A DNA stretch of 61,877 bases, the filler included, from Pirum gemmata (lineage: Eukaryota), in the NCBI GenBank assembly GCA_002812295.1. It is 20 parts of 20 records of this genome, joined end to end, with 100 filler letters (N's around TTAATTAATTAA, not from the genome) between each part and the next. Parts side by side here need not be neighbours in the genome. Positions count along the whole stretch, not along the records: positions 23,456 to 26,304 come from PDIN01004351.1; positions 26,405 to 29,239 come from PDIN01004352.1; positions 29,340 to 32,194 come from PDIN01004353.1; positions 32,295 to 35,119 come from PDIN01004354.1; positions 35,220 to 38,084 come from PDIN01004355.1; positions 38,185 to 41,012 come from PDIN01004356.1; 14 more parts are not named here. One strand, 5' to 3'. Position 1 is the first letter of the stretch. Each line of letters starts with the position of its first letter. Under the pieces are notes generated by a model. It was given only the letters and a program-made list of their open reading frames with translations, was not told the origin of the DNA and ran no database searches. The position numbers and the translations under genes were made by a program. Below, one piece after another: positions 25,582 through 38,785 of this stretch.

Positions 25582-26201
25582 TTATTAACTTTATCCCGAA
25601 CCCTAACCTAAATTAACAAACCCTAACCAGCCCTAAATCTACTACTACTACTACTACTGGTAGTACTGGTAAATTATTGCTATTAACAAACCGTTATACT
25701 ACTGGTAGTACTGGTAAATTATTGCTATTAACAAACCGATATATTATCGATATAATCATGAACAATATTTAAAAAACACAAACCCAAGTAAATTCGTTTA
25801 TTGGTAAAGTTAAAAGTTTTTTAAAACCAGGCTTTGTAATTCTTTTCTCTCAAATGAAGAATGAGAAGAGAATAATAAATTAAATTGGACTAATACAACT
25901 GTTGGTCAATTAACAACAGTAAGTGATAATGGTAGTACATTTGAATTGTCAAATAAACTAGCTATCAAAGAATATAGTATATATGTTTGTGAGAAAATGT
26001 TATCAGATTTGTTCACATATTCAGGATTATTGTATATCAGAACAGCTTAAATATGAATTTAGCTTTTAATGATTAATTGTGGGGAACACAATTTATTGTA
26101 TCAAATTAATAATTTACCAACCAAAGATGTAGATCAATGGGAATTATTAATTAATGATAACTCGCCGAATGGGTCCATTCGGACCCTTTCAAAACCGCAT
26201 T

Positions 26202-26237
<36 letters not shown>

Positions 26238-26498
26238 CAGTCTCTCTCATAATGTAAATAACACAAATTTTTGAAAATTCACAGGTTTTAATATTATTAT
26301 TATTNNNNNNNNNNNNNNNNNNNNNNNNNNNNNNNNNNNNNNNNNNNNTTAATTAATTAANNNNNNNNNNNNNNNNNNNNNNNNNNNNNNNNNNNNNNNN
26401 NNNNAACAACAACAACAACAACAACAACAACAAAAAAATACAAAAACAACTAAAACATACAAATTAATAATAATCAAGAAAGAAACTAATACAATATA

Positions 26499-28298
26499 AT
26501 GGATTTTATAAACCAAGGACAACAAAAATTACTGCTAACAGAATTTGACTCATTTGGTGCACCCCCTGTTGATCTAAAAAACAGAACAAAAGAAATGAAA
26601 GTAACACCGACAAAAGATGAGCAAATATTTAAAAACGGCAACCCGAAAAAAGGTAGTACTAAAATCAGGAAAAATGAAAAACCCGTTGATGGTGACTCAA
26701 AGAAAAAGAGAAATCGTAGAACTTTTTCACAACTAAAACGTGAGTTTATTTGTCCACACCCAGAATGCAGTAGACCCTATGCAAGCGATCATTCTCTGCA
26801 GCAACATATGAAATTAAAGCATGGCAATCAATGTGGTATAATGGGTGGTAATATGAAAGATTTGGATTTTACGTTAGAGTTTGATTCCAACTATAAACTT
26901 AGGAAAGTGGCAACGCATGGAATTACCTTAGACCCAGCGTTTGCCAGAGCTAGAGCTAAAAGTTTAACAAGGCCGTCCCCTTCATTTTTAGATGCCCTTG
27001 CTGATTTAAAACAACAACAAGAAGCTCAAGCCCAAAACCAAGCCCAAAACCAAGCCCAAAACCAAGCACAAAACCAAGCCCAAAACCAAGCCCATCCAAT
27101 GATACATCATGTACCGACTTCGCCGAATTTCGGTGCTAATGTTCTCAATACCCCTCCTCTGGGAAGCACTCCTATGGGCTTAGGTGTTCCTGGGTTTCCT
27201 ACTAGACAAAGATCACACTCTTTCTGTTCAGATACACCAATTTTTGGTTTGACTTCTCCTAGAGATGTACCTGTAGGAACGAGATCACAACAGTCATCAC
27301 CCCATACAACTCCTCATCAACATGTTAAACGTGCATCTATGGTCGAATATTCCAGTAATAATCTTGTTCTTGGATCTGTACATGGCCAACAACCTAATTC
27401 CATGCCCCAACCACAACACTCACCAAATCCGCAACTAAGCAAAAGGCAATCGTTTATTGATTATTCTAATAATAATTTATTGGAAGGATTAGATGTACAC
27501 GTTAACCAACCTCCACCAGCGTCATCATCAAAGTTTCGGTTCCATCAATCTCAACTTCAACAGCCAACACAACATACTCATAATAATAACCTATCACTGC
27601 ACAATCCAAAATCTATTCCAAACATATCGGTCGTTCGCCCTGCTCCCATTGGTCAATCTATGTCCATGCCTAATAACTTGACTACTTCCAACAATGATGG
27701 ATCTGAAGGTAATGATTATTTTTTACCCATGTTTACATGTGTGTACTATCTGTTTATAATATTTTTTACTCATGTTTACATGTGTGTACTATCTGTTTAT
27801 AATATTTTTTTACCCATTCTTTTTTTTTTTTTTTGCTATAATTAAGTTGATCATTTAAAGTTTTTTTTCATATTCGGTTTGTTCTATTATTATTCATAAT
27901 GTTTGACGAACAATCAAACTTTTATTTCGATATGTTTGATTTTTATCATAAATAATTTTCTTACATATTTTTATTTCACTCTTTTAGGTGTTAACATACA
28001 ACAGGGATTGAAAGAGTTACATCAGCTGCAGCAATTACAAGAGTTAAATTCGCTTAAAGAAATGAATAATCTAAATAACATGCTTCACCTTAATAATAGC
28101 AAGAACGAAAATAACAATAATAGCAACAATGCAAACAATAACGAACCTCCATCTACAAAACCAGAAATAAACAGAACTTACAGTAGTCCAATGCCTTCAA
28201 TTTCGACGACAAGTCCAATATTGAATGATAATATTGTTGGAAACGAGAATAGCGTCAATAACAGTAATAGCAACAATAATAATACCAATAACAATACC

Positions 28299-28329
<31 letters not shown>

Positions 28330-28574
28330 TTGCTGAGAATAGTAACAATGACAGTGGGAAACAAAATGGTTTGTTTGCTCTTATTAATCCAGACATGCTT
28401 GATCAAGTTATAGAAGACATGTCTGTTGATTTTCTTAATTTTGGATTAGATTCCAAAAGTAAATCTGCATCCAAAGAATTCGGCAAAACGGATGTAATCG
28501 ATGAAATTGATGAGGGCGAGAGTTTGGATAAATTAATAGGAAGTTTTTTTCCAATGAAGTCTGAGACAAGCTAG
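26499..28574 (+). CDS. Single C2H2 zinc-finger protein with long low-complexity region (about 598 aa)
   Basis: Exon 26499-27708 and exon 27988-28574 join in phase 1 across a GT-AG intron; RRTFSQLKREFICPHPECSRPYASDHSLQQHMKLKH. Confidence 0.85.
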
Positions 28575-29339
28575 AAAAAACTTTTAGAATTAATATACTT
28601 CCTAAAACTAACAAGAATTAATAAATTTCCTATAACTTTCAATGAAATTAGAAACTGATTTTATGGGCAGTGATAAATATATAATAGATAGATAAATAAA
28701 CAGTGGGGTTAATTATTAATTATAACAGTTTTTTTTTACAAAACAGCAATAATCGTATGTATATTATTATTATTATTATTATCATTTTTTTTTTTTAATT
28801 TTACCAAAATTAATATATATATATATTTATTAAAAAATCAATTAGGGTTAGGGGTTGTAAATAATAAGTAAATAAAAACAGTGGGATTTCATATTATCAT
28901 AGATAAAAGTTCCTCGTTTCAGTGCTTTTTTGTCGAGTAGTATTTTTTAATATACTAATTAACTGTACTGATTACAATACTGATTATAATCATGAGAACT
29001 ACGCGCTATCATACGATTCATTTTTTGTTTATCAGGCTTGGCTGTTTTTTTTTTTCCCAAGCCAGATAAAACTTTTTTAACCCTAGCTCTTTTTTGCAAC
29101 CTACTACTAGAAAAAAGCTAGAAAATATATATTTTAGACTTTTAAATGAATTAATTTATTGGGCTAAATATTTTAAATAATAAAAGAGTAATTTTAATTA
29201 GCTTTTTGTCACGTGCCGAAAAAGTTTATTGTTTATTGTNNNNNNNNNNNNNNNNNNNNNNNNNNNNNNNNNNNNNNNNNNNNTTAATTAATTAANNNNN
29301 NNNNNNNNNNNNNNNNNNNNNNNNNNNNNNNNNNNNNNN

Positions 29340-31330
29340 GAAATCACTCGTATTATTATAATCGGATTGATGACTGATGTTGTATAATGATGAAAAAAGA
29401 GAGACAGTTTCCAGTAATCGTAAAGCAGACGAGTAAGGAGAATGACAATATAATTCGTACATAGGACGATCAGATGGCATCATTATCGATATACTCTTTT
29501 ATTTTTTATAAAATTCATCAAATAAAATAGAAAAAATGAGTTAATTGCAAAACTAAACTAAAGAGAAAATGGAAATAATATCATCAATATACAACCCAAA
29601 AATAAAATAATAAAAACAACAAAAAAGAAAACAAACAAAAACAATAATAAAAATAACAAAAACAACAAAAAACAACAAAAACAACAACAGCAACGAAAAA
29701 ACCACAAAGACGACAAAGACGACAAAAAACAACACCAAACAACAACAAACAAAAACAACTAAAAAACAACAAAACAATAAAACGAAAAAAATAAGAAAAA
29801 CAAGAAAAACAAGAAAATTAACAAAAACAAAAACAACAAAAACAACAAAAACAACAAAAAACAACAAAAACAACAACAAAAACAACAACAGCAAAAACTA
29901 CAAAAACAACAAAAAGAAACAAAAGCAACAAAAAAGAAAAACAACAAAAACAGCAAAAAAAACAAAACAACAAAAACAACATAAACAACATAAACAACAT
30001 AAACAACATAAACAACAAAAACAACAAAAACAACAAAAACAACAAAAACAACAAAAAAAAAACAAAAAAAAACTAAAATAACAAAACCAAAAACAACAAA
30101 AACAACAATGCAACTAACAAAAACCTAATGGAAAAAACAATGTAAACAACTATAACAACATGCATACAAATATGCAAACATAAGTACGTACCTGAAAAGC
30201 TCCAAAAATACCAAGGGAACCATACACATTTTTATGAATCTCGTAGTTTGAATTAACTTGAGAATCCATTTTTGATATTCTACCCCAGGGATACAATAAA
30301 GAAAGAATATACGAAGCAACAGCTTTCCATAAATCGTTATCTTCTTTGTTCTTGTTAGGTTTTTTTAACATTGCTAATATGCGTTTCACATTGAAAACCT
30401 AAAAAGTTAAAAAAAATAATTTAATTGACTTCAATAATAATTATAATTATAACAATATTAATTATAAGCAACAGCTAATAAAAATCATATGATCAACAAA
30501 ATTCTATATCTCAAAATTTATTAAGGTTGTGGTTTCGCGTTGTGGTTGTAGTTGTAGTTGTGCTTAAGGTTTGCGGTTGTGGTTGGGAGTTGGGGTCAAG
30601 GTATATATTAACTAAAATTTCCACAGGAGGATCGGCTTCAGCAATTGAGACATTCATTAATTTTATCAAACTGGTTTTTAAAGATGCATTATCGGTTGAA
30701 ACCGAATTCGAACGGATCATCGAACCCCCACAAGATGCACTAGCTAAATCCTGCTTTTGATCACAACTCGAAAGAATGTCCTTAGCGAGTGATCCTTGAG
30801 CAACCCGATCTAAATGACCAGTGCCTAACTGCCAAACATAAACACTTTCATCCGTACATTCCACGAAAAAATAATCGTCTTCGTGGCGCCAGTGTACCTA
30901 TAGATGGTGATTTAGGATTAGGACTAGGGTTAGGTTTAGGGTTAACTTTAGGGTTAGGTTTAGGGTTAACTTAAGGGTTAGGGTTAGGGTTGACTTTAGG
31001 GTTACGGTTAAGGTTAACTTTAGGGTTAGGGTTAGGGTCGGAAATGGGGTTAGGGTTAGGATTAGGATTGGTGTTAAGGTTAAGGTTAGGGTTAGGGTTA
31101 GGATTGGATTTAGGGTTAGGATTGGGTTTAGGGTTAAGGTTAGGGTTAGTTTTAAACAACAACACAAAAACAAAACAAAAGACAAAAAAAAGAAATAAAG
31201 AAAAAAAAAAACCACAATAAACGACAACAAAAGACAATAAAAGACAATATAATAATAATAATACTCGTCTCGTTGTAACAAAAACCTTAACAAAAACAAC
31301 ATTAGCAATCAACAACAACAACAACAACAA

Positions 31331-31369
<39 letters not shown>

Positions 31370-31766
31370 CAATAAAAAAAGGTAGTGAATCTTACAGATT
31401 TAATAGGAAAGAGATGACCACCCATGGAATGTAAACATTTAAAATCATCAATTGAATAAATCCCCACAATATGATCTTTGGAAATCGAACAAACACAATT
31501 CCGTAAACGAACATTACTGCGAACAGGAAACAAACTCAATCTAACAATTTCACCCGAATGATGCGAAAAGACATGCAACTGTGTACCAGTAATAATATTC
31601 CAAATACGAATTGTAAAATCCGAAGAACCAGACACTAATAAATCTTTAGTGCACTCGGGATTAACATCATGGGGGTAAAGTAAACAAGTTATTTTTGCAG
31701 TATGACCGATAAGTTCTATAGCATCGTTCAGTTTAGTAGCTGGTTCAGGAACGTTAAAATGAATTC
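29340..31766 (-). CDS. WDR7: WD-repeat protein 7 / rabconnectin-3 beta-like, four internal exons
   Basis: Exons 31766-31396, 30897-30613, 30398-30192 and 29495-29340 join in frame. [29 protein letters not shown] and [14 protein letters not shown] match motifs I recognise from animal WDR7. Confidence 0.88.
30910..31150 (+). repeat. Telomere-like hexamer tract inside a WDR7 intron
   Basis: Degenerate (TTAGGG)n on +, i.e. (CCCTAA)n on the transcript, ending about 12 nt before the 3' splice site. Confidence 0.9.
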
Positions 31767-32074
31767 CTATTCAAGTATTATAATAAATTCGTTCAATAAA
31801 TAAAATAATAAAATAATAAAGAAGATTAAAGATGACATATGAGGGTTAGCGTTAGCGTTGGGTTTGGTGTTTAGCGTTAGCTTTAGCGTTAGAGATTGTT
31901 GGGTATTTGAATCATTGCATTTAATAAAAACTTGAGCAGAATAAATTTATAGTATTAAAATTAAAGAGTTGAAAATGATACAAACTATAAGTACTACTAA
32001 AACTATTACTAATACTACAACAACTACAAATACAACTATTACTACTACTATTACTATTACTATTACTACTATTG

Positions 32075-32157
<83 letters not shown>

Positions 32158-32589
32158 GTTACTACTACTACTACCACTACTACTATTACTACTANNNNNN
32201 NNNNNNNNNNNNNNNNNNNNNNNNNNNNNNNNNNNNNNTTAATTAATTAANNNNNNNNNNNNNNNNNNNNNNNNNNNNNNNNNNNNNNNNNNNNATATAA
32301 TAAATAATATTAATAATAATAATAATAATGTATAATATTTATTTATTGTAATTTATAGGACAAATATTTTGCTATGAATGTTCCTCTATGCGCACTTCCT
32401 TACCTGCGCAAAGACACGAAACGCGCGTTTGTCGAAAATGCTTCCACAATTTGCAAACTGTAAAAGATAACTCGTAATTAGCATGTGTTTGGAATCAATT
32501 AAGGTGTGCTTAGAATCCATTAGTATGTGGAACTGGTTTGGAATTGTTTTATAAGATAACTCGTAATTAGAATGTGTTGCTTATTTTAA

Positions 32590-33915
32590 TGTTTTAAGGA
32601 TACCCCAACGGTCCAGTCTATAATCATACTACATTGAATTAGAAATAATTAGTTAAGTTTTATTTATTTTAGGAATTTAAGGATTCCTAATTAAAAAAGC
32701 CTTATTTCTCCGCAGCTCGGTGATACATTGAATAAAAATAATTGGGTAGTTTTTATTTATTTTCGGATTATTAGGTTATCCCAACGAAAAATCGTTTTTT
32801 CTCCCATTGGCTCAGCCTATAACTACTATAACTAAAATGCATTAAATAGAAATAATTGGGTAGATGTGATTTATTTTAGAATTTTAAGGATTCCTAAATA
32901 AAAAAGCTTTATTTCTCCCAGCAGTTCGGTGATGCATTGAATAAAAAGAATTAAGTAGTTTTTTTATTTATTTTAGGATTATTAGTTACCCCAACGAAAA
33001 ATCGGTGTTTCTCCCATCGGCACGGCCTATAACTACTATAACTAAAATGCATTAAATGCAAATAATTAAGTNTTTGCTTTGTTTTACGATTTTAAGGATT
33101 CCTAAGTAAAACAGCTTTATTTCTCCCAGCAGTTCGGTGATGCATTGAATAAAAATAATTGGGTAGTTTTTTATTTATTTTAGGATTATTAGTTACCCCA
33201 ACGAAAAATCGGTGTTTCTCCCATCGGCACGGCCTATAACTACTATAACTAAAATGCATTAAATGCAAATAATTAAGTAGGTTTGCTTTGTTTTACGATT
33301 TTAAGGATTCCTAAGTAAAAAAGCCTTAAAGCCTTATTTCTCCCAGCAGTTCGGTGATGCATTGAATAAAAATAATTGTGTAGTTTTATTTATGTTAGGG
33401 TTATTAGGTTAGCCCAACGAAAAATGCTTGTTTGTCCCATTGGCCCAGTTTATAACTACTTAGGCATGTTAGATTTGTTTTAGGAATTTAAGGATTCCTA
33501 GGATTTTGAGGTTACCGCCGCTACCCCAACAGAAATTTTAGGGTTTTCCTAAATGAAAAAAAGCCTTATTCCTCCCAGTGGTTCAGTGATGTATTGAATA
33601 AAAATAATTGGGTCGGTTTTATTTAATTAAGGATTTTAAGGTTATTGCCATTACCCCAACGGAAATTTTAGAGTTTTAAGAATTCCAGTGGTTCAGTAAT
33701 GTATTAAAAATAAAAATAATTGGGCCGGTTTTATTTATTTAAGTATTTTGAGGTTAACGGAAATTCCTAAATGAAAAAGCCTTATTTCTCCCAGTAGTTC
33801 AGTAATGTGTTGAATAAAAATAATTGGGTAGTTTTTATTTATGTTAGGGTTATTAGGTTAGCCCAACGAAAAATGCTTGTTTCTCCCATTGGCCCAGTCA
33901 AAAACTACTCTAACT
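32590..33915. repeat. Satellite, about 208-bp unit
   Basis: ggattccta at 32681, 32888, 33096, 33305 and 33492; further decayed units extend to about 34460. Confidence 0.85.
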
Positions 33916-33921
33916 GTAATA

Positions 33922-34152
33922 GTAGGGGTGACATATCTACTGGAACTTTTTTCGAACAGATGCTTATCGAGCCAACCTTAGTTCCGTGTTCCTTACTAAT
34001 AATAGCAGTTAAATAGCTTAAAATAGTAAATCTAATTATATTAGATACCAATTAAAGTAATAATATTAACATCAATAGTAATAAAACCATAAAAATCGGA
34101 AAAGTTCCGGCAGCTGCTCGGTAATAATAAAATGACGTCATCTCAACCCTAC
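33922..34152. mobile_element. MITE family B, full-length
   Basis: TIRs GTAGGGGTGA / TCAACCCTAC; near-identical to 34482-34712; interrupts the satellite. Confidence 0.85.
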
Positions 34153-34189
34153 TACTATAATGCATTAGGTAGGTTAGATTTGTTTTAGG

Positions 34190-34305
34190 ATAGGGTTAGG
34201 GTTAGGGGTTAGCGTTAGCGTTAGCGTTAGCGTTAGCGTTAGCGTTAGCGTTAGCGTTAACGTTAGCGTTAGGGTTAGGGTTAGGGTTAGGGTTTAGGGT
34301 TAGGT
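34190..34305 (+). repeat. (TTAGGG)/(TTAGCG)n tract
   Basis: Directly visible. Confidence 0.9.
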
Positions 34306-34481
34306 AAAAATATCTTATTTCTCCCAGCAGTTTCAGTGATGTATTGAATAAAAGTATTACACTGGGTAGGTTTTGTGTGTCAAGGGTTTTGTGTATTTTA
34401 GGATATTAGGATGTCCCCAGCGAAAAATAAAATATTGATTTCTTTCCAGTGATTTCTTTTGCTACTACTAAGGTCTACCGA

Positions 34482-34712
34482 GTAGGGGTGAGATATCTAC
34501 TGGAACTTTTTTCGAACAGATGCTTATCGAGCCAACCTTAGATCTGTGTTCCTTACTAATAATAGCAGTTAAATAGCTTAAAATAGTATATCTAATTATA
34601 GTAGATACCAATAAAAGTAGCAATATTAACATTAATAGTAATAAAAACCATAAAATCGGAAAAGTTCCGGCAGCTGTTCGGTAATAATAAAATGACGTCA
34701 TCTCACCCCTAC
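34482..34712. mobile_element. MITE family B, full-length
   Basis: Perfect 13-bp TIR GTAGGGGTGAGAT / ATCTCACCCCTAC. Confidence 0.88.
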
Positions 34713-34773
34713 CGATGGATGGATGGTAGATGCCTATAGCTAGAGTAAGTTATTTATGAACTGCTAGACTGTA

Positions 34774-34947
34774 TCCTCTCAATTGTATAATTGAACTTGT
34801 TTGTAAAATACAACATTTTGTATAATATAAAATACTAAATTAATTAAAACATTCATATTTGATAGTTAAACCATAATGATAATTTGGTATGTTTATTCAG
34901 TTTTTGAACTAGACAACACTATAGCTAGTACTGTTTAAAAACAGGAT
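34774..34947. mobile_element. MITE family D copy
   Basis: Matches 14045-14242. Confidence 0.65.
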
Positions 34948-35367
34948 ATTTTATGCGTATGGCACCAGTACCTTTTGAAAATAAGCTATAGTAAGAATAT
35001 ATAAATAATATCATATTAATATTATATTGAATATATCGATTCGAACATCTATCTATCTAACTGATACCCTAATTATAACCCTAACCCTAACCCTAACCCT
35101 AACCCTAACCCTAACCCTANNNNNNNNNNNNNNNNNNNNNNNNNNNNNNNNNNNNNNNNNNNNTTAATTAATTAANNNNNNNNNNNNNNNNNNNNNNNNN
35201 NNNNNNNNNNNNNNNNNNNAAAATTTTTTTTTAGAAAAAAAGGGAAAAAATGGATGGGCTCATATGAGCCCACACCCCGGGCTCATATGAGCCCTTTTTT
35301 CTGACCGATAGAGACTAGCTAAGTAGATAGCGCCGGATCAGAGTCATCAGACTCCTCATTTCAAACT

Positions 35368-35899
35368 TCAAAGACTCCATGAAAAAACAAAAAACACGCA
35401 AGAGAAATAACAAAAACAACAAGCAAGAGAAATCCGTAAAAAATTGTAAAAATATAAAGTACTTTTCAGTTGTTTTGTCATACAATAAAGAGTGCCAAAT
35501 ACAATATAATTCTATTTAATTAATTTAATTTGTTATATTTTATTATCTATTTATAGTATTTATTACTCTATTTATTCATAAACTACCAAACAAATATGCA
35601 GGGATGACAAAATAAATGAAAAGAACTATATAGTTTCAAATATAACGATATTATAAATATTTTAATAAATAACAACACTACAACAACTTTATAAAATAAA
35701 GAGATATTCATACTGGATTAATTGGATATTCATAAATAATACACATAATATTTATATATATAATGAATAAATGTATTATATTATTGAATAAAGTAAAAAA
35801 TAGAGGACAAAAAAAAAAAAAAGTTCGTGAACAGCAGGGATTCCCAGCGTGCCCGGAGCGTTTATGTCTAGTCCTTTTGTTTTTTCATGGAGTCTTTGA
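35368..35899. mobile_element. TIR element (family K) with nested family A MITE at 35457-35628
   Basis: 25-bp TIR tcaaagactccatgaaaaaacaaaa / ttttgttttttcatggagtctttga; related ends near 35943 and 38264. Confidence 0.7.
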
Positions 35900-36209
35900 T
35901 CATTTATAGAGTCTATAGACCCCCCACGGGTCTATCGATGATAAAGACCCCAGGAAAAAGAAATGGGGTCTTAGAAAAGGTCTTAGAAAATTAGAAATGG
36001 CGTCTTCCATGAAAAAATTCATTTCTAACTAAAGATCCTTCATTCGACGAACCGAAATTAATTAATAATAATGTAATTGCAATACCAGCCTCAATAGAAA
36101 TTGAAAGTTTTGCTCCTGGAGCAGTTGATGTAACAAGTATTCAAACGGACGTATATCCAGACGTTAGAGAAATTTCCGCATTGGACTTACCACAACAATT
36201 TTTTTTTCT

Positions 36210-37100
36210 AATACATATTTCGCTGGATGGTATAATAGTTTCACCATTGTGTTTATTGATATGAAATCATACACCGGCTTCCATCTTTCTTTTGCACTAA
36301 GAACACCATCATCATTATCCGTACCAGTACCTGTTTTTTAATCCTGCCCTCCCCAAACAAAATATATTTCTAATCTTGTTCTAGGCATACCAAATTTTTT
36401 AAAATTCGAAAGTGGAAATAAGCCCCCATAGTTATGGTGACTATCAGTGAAAAGGTCTCTCCTCTCACCAAACTCCAAGAAACACATAGCATCAACAACA
36501 CCAAAAAAATTTACGATTTCCCCAGGAGTAGCATTAGCATAATCAGGGTTAGTATCAGTTAGAGAGGTTGTTTTTAACTTCTCTGCCTTTGCAATAGCAC
36601 TTAATCGGTTAGTTGCAGGTATTTGCTTTGTGCTTTGTTATTAAATGTTTAAAAGGAAAGGCAATTTTAAAAAAATCAAAGAAATTTAAGTCAGGTTCGC
36701 AATTTGGGATAGATAATTAGCACGACCATTACAGAAAACTTTCCAGGGCTTGTTTCGTGTGTATTCAGGGCGCGGGTCTTCAGTTAGTTACGTGGGCCTT
36801 TTCCCATATTTCTTTTTCATTCTCAAGAGTGATATTAACACGGGTTTGAGCATCACTATCACCTTCATTAGTAGAAGGAGAAGCAGTAGAAGTACCACCA
36901 ACAGATGAAGGTTGGACTTGGGCTTGGGCTTGGGCTTGTCTGACTATTGGTGTTGGTGTATAATAAAACTCTGGATCAAGTGTAAGTCTGGTGGGATTCA
37001 AGGTTACTAATTTTAATAGACCTAAGACGGTGAATTCACATACACAAAAGGGAATTTTCTTATCAGCTGGAGTTTCTAAATCTATAACCTTGCCTTTGCT
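36210..37100 (-). pseudogene. piggyBac-like transposase relic
   Basis: Minus-strand translation gives FFDFFKIAFPF..ATN..TPGEIVNFFGVVDAM..RRDLF..NFKKFGMPRTRLE..RWKPVYDFI..IIPSSEICI, the N-terminal half of DDE_Tnp_1_7, with stops and frameshifts. Confidence 0.7.
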
Positions 37101-38347
37101 TCTACGATATGACCGTCTTTAAGAATACCAAGCTTGGCGGCAGTCATTCTTTTAATCAACAAAGCCAAACAAAACCAAACAAAGTAATATAAGTGCATGG
37201 ATATCAAATCAAAGAATATATTTCATATGTATATTATAATAAATACCTCGTTGTCAGCAAGTCCTTTGTTAAACAGGTAACATGGGTCCCCATTGTTTTC
37301 TTTTTCTTAACAACATTCGACCTCAAAACTAGAATTTTTTGTCGTCCACTCATTGTACAATGAAATGGAATCTTTTGTCATTCACTGAATGTTCCATATA
37401 ATTATTAAATGGCCAATAAATAAATATGTAGTAATGACAATGAACTTCTATAACATATAAAAATAATGTGATTTTTAATGGTTTTAACGTTATCGATAAT
37501 TAGAAGTGTTAATACAAGCAAGTTGAATTTGAGATAAAACCGGCATCAATTGATACCATTGGTATCAATTTAGTACGCTCTGGCGGATAGACAAGCTAGT
37601 TAGTGACAGGCTAGTTACAGTAGCTAATATAACATTATGATAGCTAATACAATGTGGCCAAAACCGGCAAAAAACACTAAAATCGCTATTTCGTGAATCA
37701 AAACGTCTCATTGAAAATATAAAAATCGATATTAGTAAAACTAAAATTCGATATTCCGTGAATCGAAAATAAAAAAATCGATATTTCTGAATGAAAATAT
37801 GAAATTCCATATTTAGTGAATTGAAAATTTGAAATTAGTAAATCGAAAAATAAAAACAGAAAGTCAAAAAAGTGTTTTTTTTTTCTGCCGGATAAAACTG
37901 CAGAAATAAAAACCTTTAATGCCCTAGCTTTAATGCTACCCAGCCAAATTATTATTTATAGCCTTTTTGGCAACTTTTTTTTTTCGTCATTTTTGTCATT
38001 TTTGATCAATGGTCAAAAAATTTTTTTTTTGTTAAAAAGTCCATTTGGCAACTTAGGTGAAAATTGGTGAAAATTGTACCTTTTNNNNNNNNNNNNNNNN
38101 NNNNNNNNNNNNNNNNNNNNNNNNNNNNTTAATTAATTAANNNNNNNNNNNNNNNNNNNNNNNNNNNNNNNNNNNNNNNNNNNNTATTTATTTATTATTA
38201 TTATTATTGTATTCAAGGAGTTCAAAGTTCAAACTGATTTATTAGCCAGTTGCTTTGTACATAATCAAAGACCCCAGGAAAAAACAAGGTTCTAACTATC
38301 ATAATAACAAAGCTGTAAACACTAACACTAATCCTGTAGATCTTAAG

Positions 38348-38446
38348 AAAGCGCTCAATTAATACGTCACGTCAAGGGGAAGGTGGGGAGGTGGTATTTG
38401 ACCGGAAATTAACGTCGAGGGGTAGGTAGGTAGGGGGTATTGGAAG
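38348..38446. mobile_element. MITE family E, partial copy
   Basis: Matches the left part of 59480-59613. Confidence 0.75.
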
Positions 38447-38785
38447 ACAACTGAAAAGCACTATATAGTCTAGCTAGCTAGATAATAGAATTTATTATAA
38501 ATAAATGGATTAAGTAGACGATAGAGTAACATTATATTATTCTTAGTTCAAACAAGAAAAATAAGAAAAGTTAAAAAAAGTATGATAAAAAAACTAGGAT
38601 AAAAAAATAATAATAAAAAAATTATCTAGTTTTACAAGCTATTTTCTTAGAGCTATTTTTATAATTTTGTTTCATTTTTTTTTTGGGGGCCAAAATTGCC
38701 AAAATACAAAACAACATAATATTATAATATGAATTATATGATAGACTCTCAAAATCTAAAACCATTTTCGTTATTGTAGAAAAAT

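Noticed and set aside
35077..35119. True telomeres or gene-sized nanochromosomes (also 54150-54180)
   Set aside because: The C-rich strand is at the 3' end, the wrong polarity for a chromosome end. Most tracts are internal or intronic, and uniform contig size reflects sorting of an assembly.
35821..35860. Minus-strand resemblance to the 3' end of 5S rRNA followed by poly-T
   Set aside because: Only about 15 matching bases (CTGGGAAT..TGCTGT); the rest of 5S is absent.
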